From a virus (Duplodnaviria; Caudoviricetes): DNA of 64,000 bases. Position numbers and translations under genes: made by a program. The stretch lies in IMG/VR virus record IMGVR_UViG_3300028833_003520. One strand, written 5' to 3'. The notes under the pieces are model-generated. The model did no database searches. It was not told the DNA's origin and was given only the letters and a program-made list of their open reading frames with translations. This document shows, piece after piece, positions 25,893 to 35,587 of this stretch (the first letter of the stretch is position 1; each line of letters starts with the position of its first letter).

Positions 25893-26805
25893 CGGTTTCG
25901 TCCTCCTTGGATTCCTGATTATCTGTTGAATCATCGGAATCTTCTTGTTCTTCATTACCGTCGAGTATGCGTTTTACAGTGATAAACTCGGCAATGCCTG
26001 TTTGTTTATTGGTGTGCTGAAGTCTAAAAATCATATCGTTATCAGTATTCTTCTTGATTTTAGAGAATATCTGATATGGAAGGTAAATGATTTTGACGAA
26101 ATTTCTCTTGGCGTTTCTCTTTTCCATAAGCGAGGAGATGCCTGCGATGATTATGGAAAGAATAATAATGAGTACGATAATGCCTATGAGAGTAACAATA
26201 ACACCGTTTTTAGTATTATCAGCATTGGCTTTCAAATCACCTATGGTCATATAGTTTGTATAGAAGTCTGTGAATAGCGTCAGAGACGGCATTACATAAG
26301 TCACATTATAGACTTCGTTAGTATTCATATCTGTTATGACCAATTCAAATGCAATAGCATTGTTGTCTTTCTCATAGTCATATAATGACTTGAAAGAAAT
26401 GTTTGTATAAACCATTGCATTGCTGACGGTGTACCCGTACACGGATGATATGTTGCCGACATTCTCGAATCGTTGCGTAGCCTGATTCGTTTTATCGACT
26501 CGCATTGTAGCGTTAATTTGATATGAATGGTCCATATCAATCGGAATAATCTCTGCGAGATTTTTCAGAGCAATCGCCAAATGAGAATCGTCGGTATAAA
26601 GATTGTCATAGAAGGTGAAGTATTTGGTATTCGCTTCGAACCAAATAGTATCACCATCTGCAACATATCCATTCGTGGTACTATCCGTCGTAATGACAGT
26701 ATTACCTTCATCACCTTCATCGGCAAGGACTGTCATAGACGGGGCAAAAAGAACAATAGAAGTGAAGAGAAGAATACTGGTCAATTTTGCAAGTGTTTTT
26801 CTCAT
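25876..26805 (-). CDS. Exported/membrane protein
   Basis: Signal peptide (..TVLA|DE) and one C-proximal TM helix. Confidence 0.8.
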   Translation of the reverse strand: MRKTLAKLTSILLFTSIVLFAPSMTVLADEGDEGNTVITTDSTTNGYVADGDTIWFEANTKYFTFYDNLYTDDSHLAIALKNLAEIIPIDMDHSYQINATMRVDKTNQATQRFENVGNISSVYGYTVSNAMVYTNISFKSLYDYEKDNNAIAFELVITDMNTNEVYNVTYVMPSLTLFTDFYTNYMTIGDLKANADNTKNGVIVTLIGIIVLIIILSIIIAGISSLMEKRNAKRNFVKIIYLPYQIFSKIKKNTDNDMIFRLQHTNKQTGIAEFITVKRILDGNEEQEDSDDSTDNQESKEDETDVESE

Positions 26806-26820
26806 TGTGTGTGTTTCCTT

Positions 26821-26979
26821 TCATTTTTCTTTTTGACGAAAATCAAGTTCTGAACAGAGTGCATCGTAGTAATCTTCGTTTGCGAAGAGTTCCTCAGTAT
26901 TGTTGTTGAGGCGTTGCAACTCTGTAAGAATGTCTCTGTAAGAGAGTTTCTTGATTTTTATGTAGAGTTCTGATTGCAT
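26821..26979 (-). CDS. Small hypothetical protein (52 aa, not in ORF track)
   Basis: AGAAAGGG RBS; MQSELYIKIKKL...; fills the operon gap. Confidence 0.6.
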   Translation of the reverse strand: MQSELYIKIKKLSYRDILTELQRLNNNTEELFANEDYYDALCSELDFRQKEK

Positions 26980-26994
26980 TGAAATGCCCTTTCT

Positions 26995-27381
26995 TTAATT
27001 GATGTAGGTAGCGATACATATAGCGGCGTATGTGCCGTATATTGTATCATTTTTGTCAATGCCTGGGATAGTAGAATCGGTGCGTTCTACGAAGATTTCT
27101 AAGGATTCGTAATATTCGGCTTGCCAAATCTTAGCATAGGTATCGCAAATGTCTTGAAGAGTTGGATTCTTGAAAGTCCATTCATCAATAGCCTTGTTTG
27201 CGGCATATTCAGCGTTACTCGAATATTCTTCTTTTCTTGCGTCTTCCCAAAGGAATTCATCATCGTTTTCGCCGTTGAAATCAGCGTCGAAATCTGCAAG
27301 GTCTGTAAGGAAGGCAATAAGACCTTCTTTCGAACTGATGTTTCGGACGATTAGATTTGAGTGTTCAACATATCTTGACAT
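26995..27381 (-). CDS. Acidic hypothetical protein
   Basis: AAGGAAGGA RBS before ATG 27381. Confidence 0.75.
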   Translation of the reverse strand: MSRYVEHSNLIVRNISSKEGLIAFLTDLADFDADFNGENDDEFLWEDARKEEYSSNAEYAANKAIDEWTFKNPTLQDICDTYAKIWQAEYYESLEIFVERTDSTIPGIDKNDTIYGTYAAICIATYIN

Positions 27382-27383
27382 AA

Positions 27384-28268
27384 TTATTCCTTCCTTACGA
27401 GATTGCAAATGGTGACGTAGTTAAGGATGCCTGCATCATTAAAACGAGTCATCATAAATTCATCGTCTTCCATCAAGTTGCAAATCCATTCGACAGTTGT
27501 TTCGTCAACGGAATCGTAGCGGATTTGATGACATAAACATCTGATTGCTTCTTTATTGGCTTCTCGTATTTTTTCGTATGCTTCGTGTAAAGCAGCATAT
27601 TCAGAGTCACCTTTGCGTTTACCTTGAACGACACCCTTAAAATAGCCAATGATATATTTCTTTATATCTTTGGTAGAAAGGTTTAAGGGATTAGTAAAGC
27701 ATTGCTCAATGCCTTCTTTTATCGTGGTGCCCTGTTTAGGTGTTATGTGAATATCTACTGAAGCACAGATTTCGTAAATAGTGTAGAATAACTCATCTTC
27801 GGATAAGACATTTAGTTCTTCTTGCTCATCTTCACAGATGTGCATTTCAGTATCGAAATCTTCTGCTGTTAAGGTGCCACTGTTACGATTTGGTATTTTG
27901 GGTTCTTCAGAATCCCAGTTCTGATTATCGTTACCAAGAGGAGATTCAAGAGAAGTATCTTCATTTACATCTTGGTCAAAGATGGAGACTTGGTACGATT
28001 CAGATTTTTTTTCGTCGGCACCGATTGAGTAAAACGCTTTGGCGAAGGAACTTGATGGAGTTTCTTGTGTTTTTGATTTTGTCTTCTTCGGTGTTTCGTC
28101 ATCAGGTTCAAGCATTGCTTTTCTCTTCTTTTTAGAAGTCTTTGGTTTGCTTGCAACGTGATTGAAAGCATCTGCAAATGACCTGCTGCTATTACCGAGA
28201 ATGTTTCCTGATGACTTACCTTTAGATGAAGAAAGACTGTTAAAAGCATCAGCGAATGATTTACTCAT
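27384..28268 (-). CDS. Hypothetical protein with three SFAxAF motifs
   Basis: AAAGGAG RBS; 294 aa. Confidence 0.8.
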   Translation of the reverse strand: MSKSFADAFNSLSSSKGKSSGNILGNSSRSFADAFNHVASKPKTSKKKRKAMLEPDDETPKKTKSKTQETPSSSFAKAFYSIGADEKKSESYQVSIFDQDVNEDTSLESPLGNDNQNWDSEEPKIPNRNSGTLTAEDFDTEMHICEDEQEELNVLSEDELFYTIYEICASVDIHITPKQGTTIKEGIEQCFTNPLNLSTKDIKKYIIGYFKGVVQGKRKGDSEYAALHEAYEKIREANKEAIRCLCHQIRYDSVDETTVEWICNLMEDDEFMMTRFNDAGILNYVTICNLVRKE

Positions 28269-28286
28269 AAGTCGTTACTCCTTTCT

Positions 28287-28577
28287 TTATAGGTTTTGAG
28301 AGGAAAAAGCAGGAATAGCAGATTGAATTGTTGAAACAATGATGCGTCTGAAGAATTCGTATCGAGGTTGTGTGTCGCAGTTGAATGGACCGCTTACAAC
28401 TTTGATAGCGAGGTTTGCAGTTTCAACACATTCGTCAACGAAGCGAGAGTCTTCTTTCATAGCGTCATTTCTGAAGTGTAGAACACAGGATATACGATTC
28501 ATATCCTTCATTGTCAAGACAATGTTTTTCCTGATTTCTTTTTCTGTGAGAGTAGAGAGATTGACGCACTTGCTCAT
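28287..28577 (-). CDS. Hypothetical protein
   Basis: ATGA overlap with the upstream gene. Confidence 0.7.
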   Translation of the reverse strand: MSKCVNLSTLTEKEIRKNIVLTMKDMNRISCVLHFRNDAMKEDSRFVDECVETANLAIKVVSGPFNCDTQPRYEFFRRIIVSTIQSAIPAFSSQNL

Positions 28578-29059
28578 ACGGCATCTTCTCCTTCTGTATC
28601 ATCATCATTAGGAGTGCCGTACTCGTTAAGAAGATTATCAATATTAGCCCAATAATCGAGATTGCAGTCGTATTTGCCGTTAGCGTAAGCACGAGCAGCC
28701 TCTATACATTTTTCAGGCGTGATGATAATATTGTTGTCTTCTGCAGTTCTTTCAATATCTTCTTTGACATACTGTGCTCGTCTTTCACGGAAGCATTCCT
28801 CAATGGTCTCGTCAGAGAGCCATTCAAGAGGAATTGTGAATCGAGCATTTGATTCAAAGTATTCAGAGAAAGAAGAATACCAATTCTCACCAAGGCAAGC
28901 GTTTACGTCTTCATCGGTGCGAATGGTGAAATTCTTGAAATCATTTGTGCCGACAAGGTATGTCTTACCTTCTGTCCAAAATGATTTATTTTCTTCTGAA
29001 TATGACTTGATACACTTTGCTTCAAAAGTGTATCGGTAAGGTGATAAAGAGTTGCCCAT
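28574..29059 (-). CDS. Hypothetical protein
   Basis: AAAGGAG RBS; in operon. Confidence 0.75.
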   Translation of the reverse strand: MGNSLSPYRYTFEAKCIKSYSEENKSFWTEGKTYLVGTNDFKNFTIRTDEDVNACLGENWYSSFSEYFESNARFTIPLEWLSDETIEECFRERRAQYVKEDIERTAEDNNIIITPEKCIEAARAYANGKYDCNLDYWANIDNLLNEYGTPNDDDTEGEDAV

Positions 29060-29061
29060 AA

Positions 29062-29820
29062 TTAGTCTCCTTTACCTATGTAGTTTGGATTATTTGACAT
29101 ACATCTTGTCGGGTTCCTTTTTGCCCAAGCATTAAGGTCTGACAAGTCGCTGTCAATACCGTGTCTTGCAAAGACCTCTGCGAACATATTCTTCTGTTCG
29201 GGGTGATTACTCAGATAGTATTCTATGCAGAAGCCTTTAAGTGCGATGAGCGTTTGAGAAAGACTGTTCTGTGATGTTGTAGTGTAACTACTGTAAGTAC
29301 CACCTAAATAACCTCTGACGATATTGTCGAATCCATCAGTTTCATAGCCATTAGCGATATGATGATGGTGGAGTTCGTTAGGGTCATTAGTCTTGTAGAA
29401 GTTAGGTGTGTATGATGTAGGCAAGTCTTTCCATAACTTATCAGAGCGTTTCTTGAGGTCAAGGAACTGCTCATAAGTCCATCCCTGCTTGCAGAAGTAG
29501 CGATAAAGTGCAGCAGGGAGTTCTTCAAAGTTATTTGAAGTAACGGCACGACAGAATTCGTGTTTTACAGGACTGTCAATATCGTTGACGTAATAACTGG
29601 TTGAGTATGGAGCCGATTCGCCGTGTTTTGCACGAAGATTGTCGGTTCCAACGATAAGAGCGTCAAGACAGATATTGATGCATTCTGCTTCGGTTTCTGC
29701 CTTGATTTCCTTTTCAAGAGCAGCGGATTCTGCCTGAAGACAAGCGACTTCTTTGGTTTTCTTGTCGAGTTTTGTCTGCATCTTCTTTAACTGCTTCAGT
29801 TTTTCTTCTGTAGTAGGCAT
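29062..29820 (-). CDS. Hypothetical protein with N-terminal coiled coil
   Basis: AAAGGA RBS; 252 aa. Confidence 0.8.
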   Translation of the reverse strand: MPTTEEKLKQLKKMQTKLDKKTKEVACLQAESAALEKEIKAETEAECINICLDALIVGTDNLRAKHGESAPYSTSYYVNDIDSPVKHEFCRAVTSNNFEELPAALYRYFCKQGWTYEQFLDLKKRSDKLWKDLPTSYTPNFYKTNDPNELHHHHIANGYETDGFDNIVRGYLGGTYSSYTTTSQNSLSQTLIALKGFCIEYYLSNHPEQKNMFAEVFARHGIDSDLSDLNAWAKRNPTRCMSNNPNYIGKGD

Positions 29821-29822
29821 AG

Positions 29823-30248
29823 TTATTTCCTTTCGAGTAGGTGAGAGTAATCTTTGATGAACTGACCTTTGGATAAGACCACAAGGGTAGAGACGGAAGA
29901 AAGTATTTCTTTCGTTTCATTATATTCTTCTTCTGTTGGAACGAAGTTACCTTGTTTTCGCTCATCCAAAGTATCTATGCAATCTTGATAGGTACTTTGA
30001 ATGAAAGCGAGGTCTATAAGGTCAGGGCAGTAATGGTTGATGAAAATGTTACCGAACTTTTTTTCTTTGATTCGTACTTGTTTAGCGTACTCTGTTTCAA
30101 TTTCGGCAAAAGTGACTTCGTGAGCATTTATGCCATAACTTGAAAATCTATATTGGTGCATAAAGTAATGAAAATCAAAGTCGTGGAATTCGGGGTGTGA
30201 AGCACAAATGGTGCTTTTACCTGTTCCATAGAAACCATAAATTATCAT
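29823..30248 (-). CDS. P-loop (NMP kinase-like) protein
   Basis: MIIYGFYGTGKST Walker A at the N-terminus; ATGA coupling to the MTase. Confidence 0.7.
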   Translation of the reverse strand: MIIYGFYGTGKSTICASHPEFHDFDFHYFMHQYRFSSYGINAHEVTFAEIETEYAKQVRIKEKKFGNIFINHYCPDLIDLAFIQSTYQDCIDTLDERKQGNFVPTEEEYNETKEILSSVSTLVVLSKGQFIKDYSHLLERK

Positions 30249-31168
30249 ATAGTGACCGTCCTGTAGAGTACATATGCTCCAAATCGCTGAACGGCTTTGT
30301 CGATAAATTCGGAACAAATTTCGTAAACAATGCCGAAGCGATTCTTATTTGTCGTAGCCTGTAACAAGTTACAAGAGCCTCCGAACTGGTCAAGACATAT
30401 ATCTCCTTCTTCAGTTAGGTTACCGATGAGATACTCATAGAGGGCAATAGGTTTTTCCGCCTGATGATGTTTCTCTCTTGTCGGCAAAAGAACCTCAATT
30501 TCATATTTGAGGATTTCTTTTGTCTGATAACCTGCAATTCCAGGGCGAGAGAGTTTTCTCGGTTTGCCCTTTGTGAAGATGATTAACTGCTGAACACCTT
30601 TGGTGGTCTTGCCAGTGTTGATTGTACCTTCGGGGGCGTTACGCCAAATGCAGTGGGTGTAATACTTAAGACCACACTGGTCAGCAAATTTCTTTACTTG
30701 GTACAAGTATTCCCAATTTGTTGCACTTTCGACGGGAAGGAACTCAACAAGGTAAGCACCGTCCTTAAGGACTCTGGCTTTTTCCTTGAAGTCTTCAAGG
30801 GAATACTGAAATACATCGTATTCAGCAAAGCCTTTTTGATTACCTGACTTGTGAGCCTTCTTGTCTTCCCAAGGGTGGTCGGTAATGATGCAGTCGATAG
30901 ATGCATCTTCGATTTCGGCGAGTTTTCTTCCGTCACCTTCGATGAGAAGGGAACAGGACTTTTCGCCTTTGAGCATATATACGCCTTTGCATACACGCTG
31001 AAAGTCGTCTTCGTGGCGATATATGACTGCACGAGCCGATTCGTGGACGGTATCGCTATTTGAGACATAATTGCTATTGTCGATAGCATTATAGATTTCT
31101 TTAAGAGTGCTGACACCACCTGTGCAGCCTGACATAAAGTTAATGATAACTTCTCGTAATGTACGCAT
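30245..31168 (-). CDS. Beta-class N4-C/N6-A DNA methyltransferase with N-terminal winged-helix-like domain
   Basis: SIDCIITDHPW (motif IV), H.AEKPIAL, CLDQFGGS (motif I); AAGGAG RBS before ATG 31168. Confidence 0.85.
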   Translation of the reverse strand: MRTLREVIINFMSGCTGGVSTLKEIYNAIDNSNYVSNSDTVHESARAVIYRHEDDFQRVCKGVYMLKGEKSCSLLIEGDGRKLAEIEDASIDCIITDHPWEDKKAHKSGNQKGFAEYDVFQYSLEDFKEKARVLKDGAYLVEFLPVESATNWEYLYQVKKFADQCGLKYYTHCIWRNAPEGTINTGKTTKGVQQLIIFTKGKPRKLSRPGIAGYQTKEILKYEIEVLLPTREKHHQAEKPIALYEYLIGNLTEEGDICLDQFGGSCNLLQATTNKNRFGIVYEICSEFIDKAVQRFGAYVLYRTVTI

Positions 31169-31182
31169 TGTTTTCTCCTTGA

Positions 31183-31665
31183 TTAGATGTTGTAAAGGGA
31201 AAAATTCCAAGCATTTCCCAATTCGTAGTACAAACCCCAATAAGAGAAGTAGTTGTTCAGGCGACTTCTTGTACGCCAATCTTCATCCCAACCTTCGTTA
31301 AGAAGGTGGTATAGACGACCTTCGGTGGAAACGGAGAGGTACTCGCCGTTGTAATCGAAGAAGTCGTTGGGGTCAAGTGGACAAATGTACCACGTATAAA
31401 TTTTGCCGTTATGGTTATGTTCTACTTTTTCGAAAGAGATATTTTTGCTTCTGCAATATGAATATTCTCTTGCTTCGTCTTGGCAACAGAACCATTGATT
31501 CTTGTAGTGGTAGTAAACACGAGTGTCAAAGAATAGTTCGTTGTCGATGAGGTATCTCAGAAGACCTTCTGCCATCTTTTTGATGTTGTCAGGTGTTCTT
31601 GAAAGACGCTCGTTGATGTTAGTACATCTTGTGCTAAATTTAGTCGGTATGTAACCTTGACTCAT
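31183..31665 (-). CDS. Hypothetical protein
   Basis: AGAAAGGG RBS; ends GLYYELGNAWNFSLY. Confidence 0.75.
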   Translation of the reverse strand: MSQGYIPTKFSTRCTNINERLSRTPDNIKKMAEGLLRYLIDNELFFDTRVYYHYKNQWFCCQDEAREYSYCRSKNISFEKVEHNHNGKIYTWYICPLDPNDFFDYNGEYLSVSTEGRLYHLLNEGWDEDWRTRSRLNNYFSYWGLYYELGNAWNFSLYNI

Positions 31666-31684
31666 AATGTACCCTTTCTACGCC

Positions 31685-31772
31685 TCCAGAATGCCCGTAG
31701 AGCGTTTGTAAGCGTTCAGACGTGTCTGGTTATGTCTAAAGCGTTAAAACGCACTACAGGGGCAATTATGGA
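31685..31772. other. Long imperfect intergenic hairpin (ssDNA origin/ssDNA promoter-like)
   Basis: CCAGAATGCCC-GTAG-AGCGTTT...AGAC / GTCT...AAACGC-A-CTAC-A-GGGGCAATTATGG; bulged, no T-tract. Confidence 0.5.
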
Positions 31773-31774
31773 CG

Positions 31775-32458
31775 TTATGAGGCGGTTGTCTTGTCTTTGG
31801 ACTGTTTGACAGGTATATCAGCGATTTGTTTGTTTATCTGCTTACTCATAGTTAAGAGCGAACGATACTTGTTAAGTTCACCCTTAAGAGTGTCAATCTC
31901 GTTCTCAAGAAGATTGATGTAATCATCTTTGGAGATTTCTTGTGAGGGAGCAGAAACAAGCGGATTTGCCTTTGTATCAGTTGTCCAAAGTGTTTGTTTC
32001 TTGACTTCAGGACTATATTCATCAATGTCCTGTTTATATGTTACTATGTATCGTTCCCATTTCTTAAAGCAAGTAACGGGACGACGATTGGGGTGGATTG
32101 CAAACTGAAACATCAAGGTGGATTCTACTGATTTCATTTCTTCATCAGTGATGTGACCAATGTACTGTGCAATCCTACTTTTATCAATTGTGTATAACTG
32201 CTCGCATAATGCGAGTGCTTTCTTATCTGCCGACATAATCGGGACTTGCGTGGGACGAACAGGTTTGTTCTTCCTTTCTGTTCGCAGATAAACGACGGTA
32301 ACTGTCTGCGAATATTTGTTAGCAACGTCATTGGAGATAACAAGTGCAGGTCTATCAGACCAAATTTCAGCACCAGTTGGCTTAACATCTCCGTCTGTTA
32401 TGTGGTAGATATCACCCTTTAAGATAGTACGATTACTTGCCATAGTTAATCCATACAA
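31775..32458 (-). CDS. Second PemK/MazF-family protein with C-terminal coiled coil
   Basis: KGDIYHI...RPALVISNDVAN...ALCEQLYTIDKSRI. Confidence 0.85.
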   Translation of the reverse strand: MYGLTMASNRTILKGDIYHITDGDVKPTGAEIWSDRPALVISNDVANKYSQTVTVVYLRTERKNKPVRPTQVPIMSADKKALALCEQLYTIDKSRIAQYIGHITDEEMKSVESTLMFQFAIHPNRRPVTCFKKWERYIVTYKQDIDEYSPEVKKQTLWTTDTKANPLVSAPSQEISKDDYINLLENEIDTLKGELNKYRSLLTMSKQINKQIADIPVKQSKDKTTAS

Positions 32459-32554
32459 ATATCCTTTCTGATTTCTTCATACTTTTTAGTTGCAGAACCA
32501 TACGAAGTAGGGGATAGTAGCAAATGCCACTACCCCTACGAATTCGTATTTGGT

Positions 32555-35497
32555 TTAAGGAACGGGATTGTTGTTCGGATTAGGCTGTGGTGTTGGCTGA
32601 CCGAGGTTATAGTGACCGTCTGCGTCGTAGAAATCGTCGTCGATTTCTTCGAAGGTCATCTTACCCTGTTTAATCATATGTGTCTTACCGACCTTGCGTG
32701 CCTGTTCCAAGTCCTTATCGTGCAAAGCCTTGCAGATAAGGTTGTAATCGCTCTGAATACGAGGTGTCTTTACAGTGTTGTAAGACAGGATGCATTCGGA
32801 GTTCTTCGCTCTGGTGAATGCAACGTAGAACATACGCTTATCGTCTTCAGGTACACGATTATCAGTCTTGTGGATAATGATAACATTATCGAACTCAAGC
32901 CCCTTTACAGAGTGAATGGTTGAGAAAATGAAGTTCTTGGTTGAATAATCTTCCAACTTCTTCTTTTCATTGTTCGTAGAGAGGAGAGACTGACGAATAG
33001 CGTTAGACTCAATCTCGTAAGCAAGAAGGCTTTCCTTAACCTCTTCGAGCAACTTATCTTTGGTGATGATGCCAGCCTGATACTGAGCAACTAATCCATT
33101 GACCGTATCGAAGTATTCTTCTTTCCAAGAGGCAAGCATCTTGGCGAGGGCAACCTGATTTTTCTGTTCATCACCGTGCATAATGTATGAGCAACGGTTC
33201 TGAATAGCCTGTTCAACACAGTCAAGGAAGTTCTGTGAAGGTACGAACTTGATTTCGTGCCAATACTTCTTAATGAATGTGCTGAATACACAAGAATCCA
33301 TAATTCTTTCAGGAATTATGTTTGCAGTAGTTGCCTGAGGATAAAGTGTCTTGATGGCATCTTCAGCCTTTTGAACTTCTCTACGCTTATAAGCGATGAT
33401 TGCAATTTGCTCACCTCTTGCAAGGCAAGCGTCAATGAACGGCTTGCAAGCACCACCGAGGTCGGGACCGATGTGATTCAAGTAGTCTCCTACTTTGGAA
33501 AGTCCCTGATACTGGAGATTGACTTTGTTACGGAAAGTTCTTTCTGTAACTTTAGCAAGACTGTTAGCGTGCAACTGAATGTGAGCAAACTGGTTTGCTT
33601 CAATGTCTGCAAGCGTGGAGTTCGCAAAGTCCAAAATCTCCTGATTACTACGGTAGTTAATCTGCAACTGATAAGTTGTGAATACGTTACTTCCTTCAAG
33701 GGCGTTCAAAGCCTTTGAGTCACTGCCTCTGAACTCGTAGAGTGTCTGTGAACCGTCACCTACGATAAAGAGTGATTCCTTATGCTTATCAACATACTTG
33801 ATAAGGTAGATGAACTCAAAGATTGAGTTGTCCTGTACCTCGTCAACGATGAGGAACTTACTCTGAACTTCGGGCGGTTCAACGAACGAATCAATCTTCT
33901 GATAGCAGATGATGATTTCAAGTTCAAGAGTAGTTTGACCAAGTGTGTCAAGCATATCTATTACTTTGTCGTAATTCTCTTCGACGAAAGCGTTGAGTTT
34001 TACCCACGCTCCTCTGACGTTATAAGCGATGTCGTAGAGCAATTCACTGAATCTTTCAGCCAGAGGGTTCTTCTGGAAGTAGATTTCCAAACAGTTCCTT
34101 ACTGTTGAGATGGATGAAAGTTCGTGCTTGCACTTCTTTTCGCCTGTATTGGGGTCAATAATGCTGAAATTCTCTGAGTAGATGGTGTGAATCATCTTTG
34201 CGATGGTCATCGAGTGAACCTGAGAGTTCAATTCAGAGATATGGTCAGCCGCAGCGTTGGTGAATGATAAGACGGTAATGTCTTCAGGCTTAATACCGCA
34301 GTTAATCATATAAAGCATACGACCATTGATTGCTGTGCTCTTACCTGTGCCTGCACCTGCCTGTACGAGTACAAGGGGTTCAGTTGTAGAAATAGCAACC
34401 TGCTGTTCCTTTGACCAACTGTGAGCCATAGTAGGAAGCGGTATTGCACCATTCGGCTTGCCGAGAGTATTAAGGAGTGCCTTGTTCTTGTTAAGGCTTG
34501 CGAGCGTATCGGAAAGAAGCAAATTCAGATTTGCCTTACAGATACGGGACACAACATCAGGCTGTGTACTGAAATACTTAACAAGAATATCGTAGATGTT
34601 ACGAGACATAGTAAGAGGTATCTGGTATCTTTCCAGGTCTCTTACAAGACGAATGATGATTGTTTCATCGTCGAGAGTGGCTCCTGTAACTCGGTTAGTT
34701 CTACGGTTTGTCTTGGGCTGAGCAATCAACTGCTTGATAAAGTCCTCAACCGTTTCACTGATAGTAGTGTTCCACTCTGTGGCACGCTTTGCAACAACTC
34801 CGTAAACGCTTAATGATGAGAAATAGTCGTCAATAGCGTTCATATCAATGGTAGCCGTTGCACGATTGGGGTTACCGTTCTTAAGTATCTGAATGAGTGT
34901 GTTATAAGGGTCACAGGAGAACTGTACGTCGTATCTATTCTTTGAATAGTCATCCAGTGCAGTGAAATCCAATCCCTTTTCGCACACGAGATTCTTTGAG
35001 TCAGCAATCGTGAAGAGGTTAATCTGATAGCAAGGCTGGAACTTGGATTCCTTTGTGCCATCTTTATGCGTTGTCTCTTCAAGAATGATACTGTGAATGT
35101 CGAGGCTTATGTAGATGTCAGCATTGACATTGTTCTTCTTGCCAACAATTGTACCAATCTTCTGCATAGTTGCGTCGAGATTAGGGTCAGGAGCCGTGCG
35201 GTAAAGATAGTAATCCCAAAGGTTGCAAGTTGCGTGTATCGGGATTGTATTAAGAGGAAGGAAGTAAGTCTTGGTATCACCACTGACTGTTGTGTCCTTC
35301 TTACAATGCAGATTGTTTGCATTAGTAGGACGATTCATCATAAGAGGATTCATCGGGTTGTTTGCTTCGCAGAGCAAACCAACTTTCTTACCGTTTCCTG
35401 TAAGGATAGGACTGAAAAACTTCGGTGAATACTCGATAACAGTCGCTACGCTTTGCTGATTAACCAGATTGTCAAGGTTACTAAAATCTATTGGCAT
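32555..35497 (-). CDS. UvrD/Rep-family SF1 helicase with long N-terminal extension
   Basis: AGAGTGKS, SFTNAAA, VDEVQD, VGDGSQTLYEFRG, NYRS, TIHSVKGLEFDNV, YVAFTRAK. Confidence 0.92.
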   Translation of the reverse strand: MPIDFSNLDNLVNQQSVATVIEYSPKFFSPILTGNGKKVGLLCEANNPMNPLMMNRPTNANNLHCKKDTTVSGDTKTYFLPLNTIPIHATCNLWDYYLYRTAPDPNLDATMQKIGTIVGKKNNVNADIYISLDIHSIILEETTHKDGTKESKFQPCYQINLFTIADSKNLVCEKGLDFTALDDYSKNRYDVQFSCDPYNTLIQILKNGNPNRATATIDMNAIDDYFSSLSVYGVVAKRATEWNTTISETVEDFIKQLIAQPKTNRRTNRVTGATLDDETIIIRLVRDLERYQIPLTMSRNIYDILVKYFSTQPDVVSRICKANLNLLLSDTLASLNKNKALLNTLGKPNGAIPLPTMAHSWSKEQQVAISTTEPLVLVQAGAGTGKSTAINGRMLYMINCGIKPEDITVLSFTNAAADHISELNSQVHSMTIAKMIHTIYSENFSIIDPNTGEKKCKHELSSISTVRNCLEIYFQKNPLAERFSELLYDIAYNVRGAWVKLNAFVEENYDKVIDMLDTLGQTTLELEIIICYQKIDSFVEPPEVQSKFLIVDEVQDNSIFEFIYLIKYVDKHKESLFIVGDGSQTLYEFRGSDSKALNALEGSNVFTTYQLQINYRSNQEILDFANSTLADIEANQFAHIQLHANSLAKVTERTFRNKVNLQYQGLSKVGDYLNHIGPDLGGACKPFIDACLARGEQIAIIAYKRREVQKAEDAIKTLYPQATTANIIPERIMDSCVFSTFIKKYWHEIKFVPSQNFLDCVEQAIQNRCSYIMHGDEQKNQVALAKMLASWKEEYFDTVNGLVAQYQAGIITKDKLLEEVKESLLAYEIESNAIRQSLLSTNNEKKKLEDYSTKNFIFSTIHSVKGLEFDNVIIIHKTDNRVPEDDKRMFYVAFTRAKNSECILSYNTVKTPRIQSDYNLICKALHDKDLEQARKVGKTHMIKQGKMTFEEIDDDFYDADGHYNLGQPTPQPNPNNNPVP

Positions 35498-35587
35498 TAT
35501 AGTTATCCTTTCTGTTTGTATTTATTCTCCCTGCTGGTTAGAACAGGGAGAATGCCTTATTTGATTTTAAGTACGAAAGAGTTGGAG

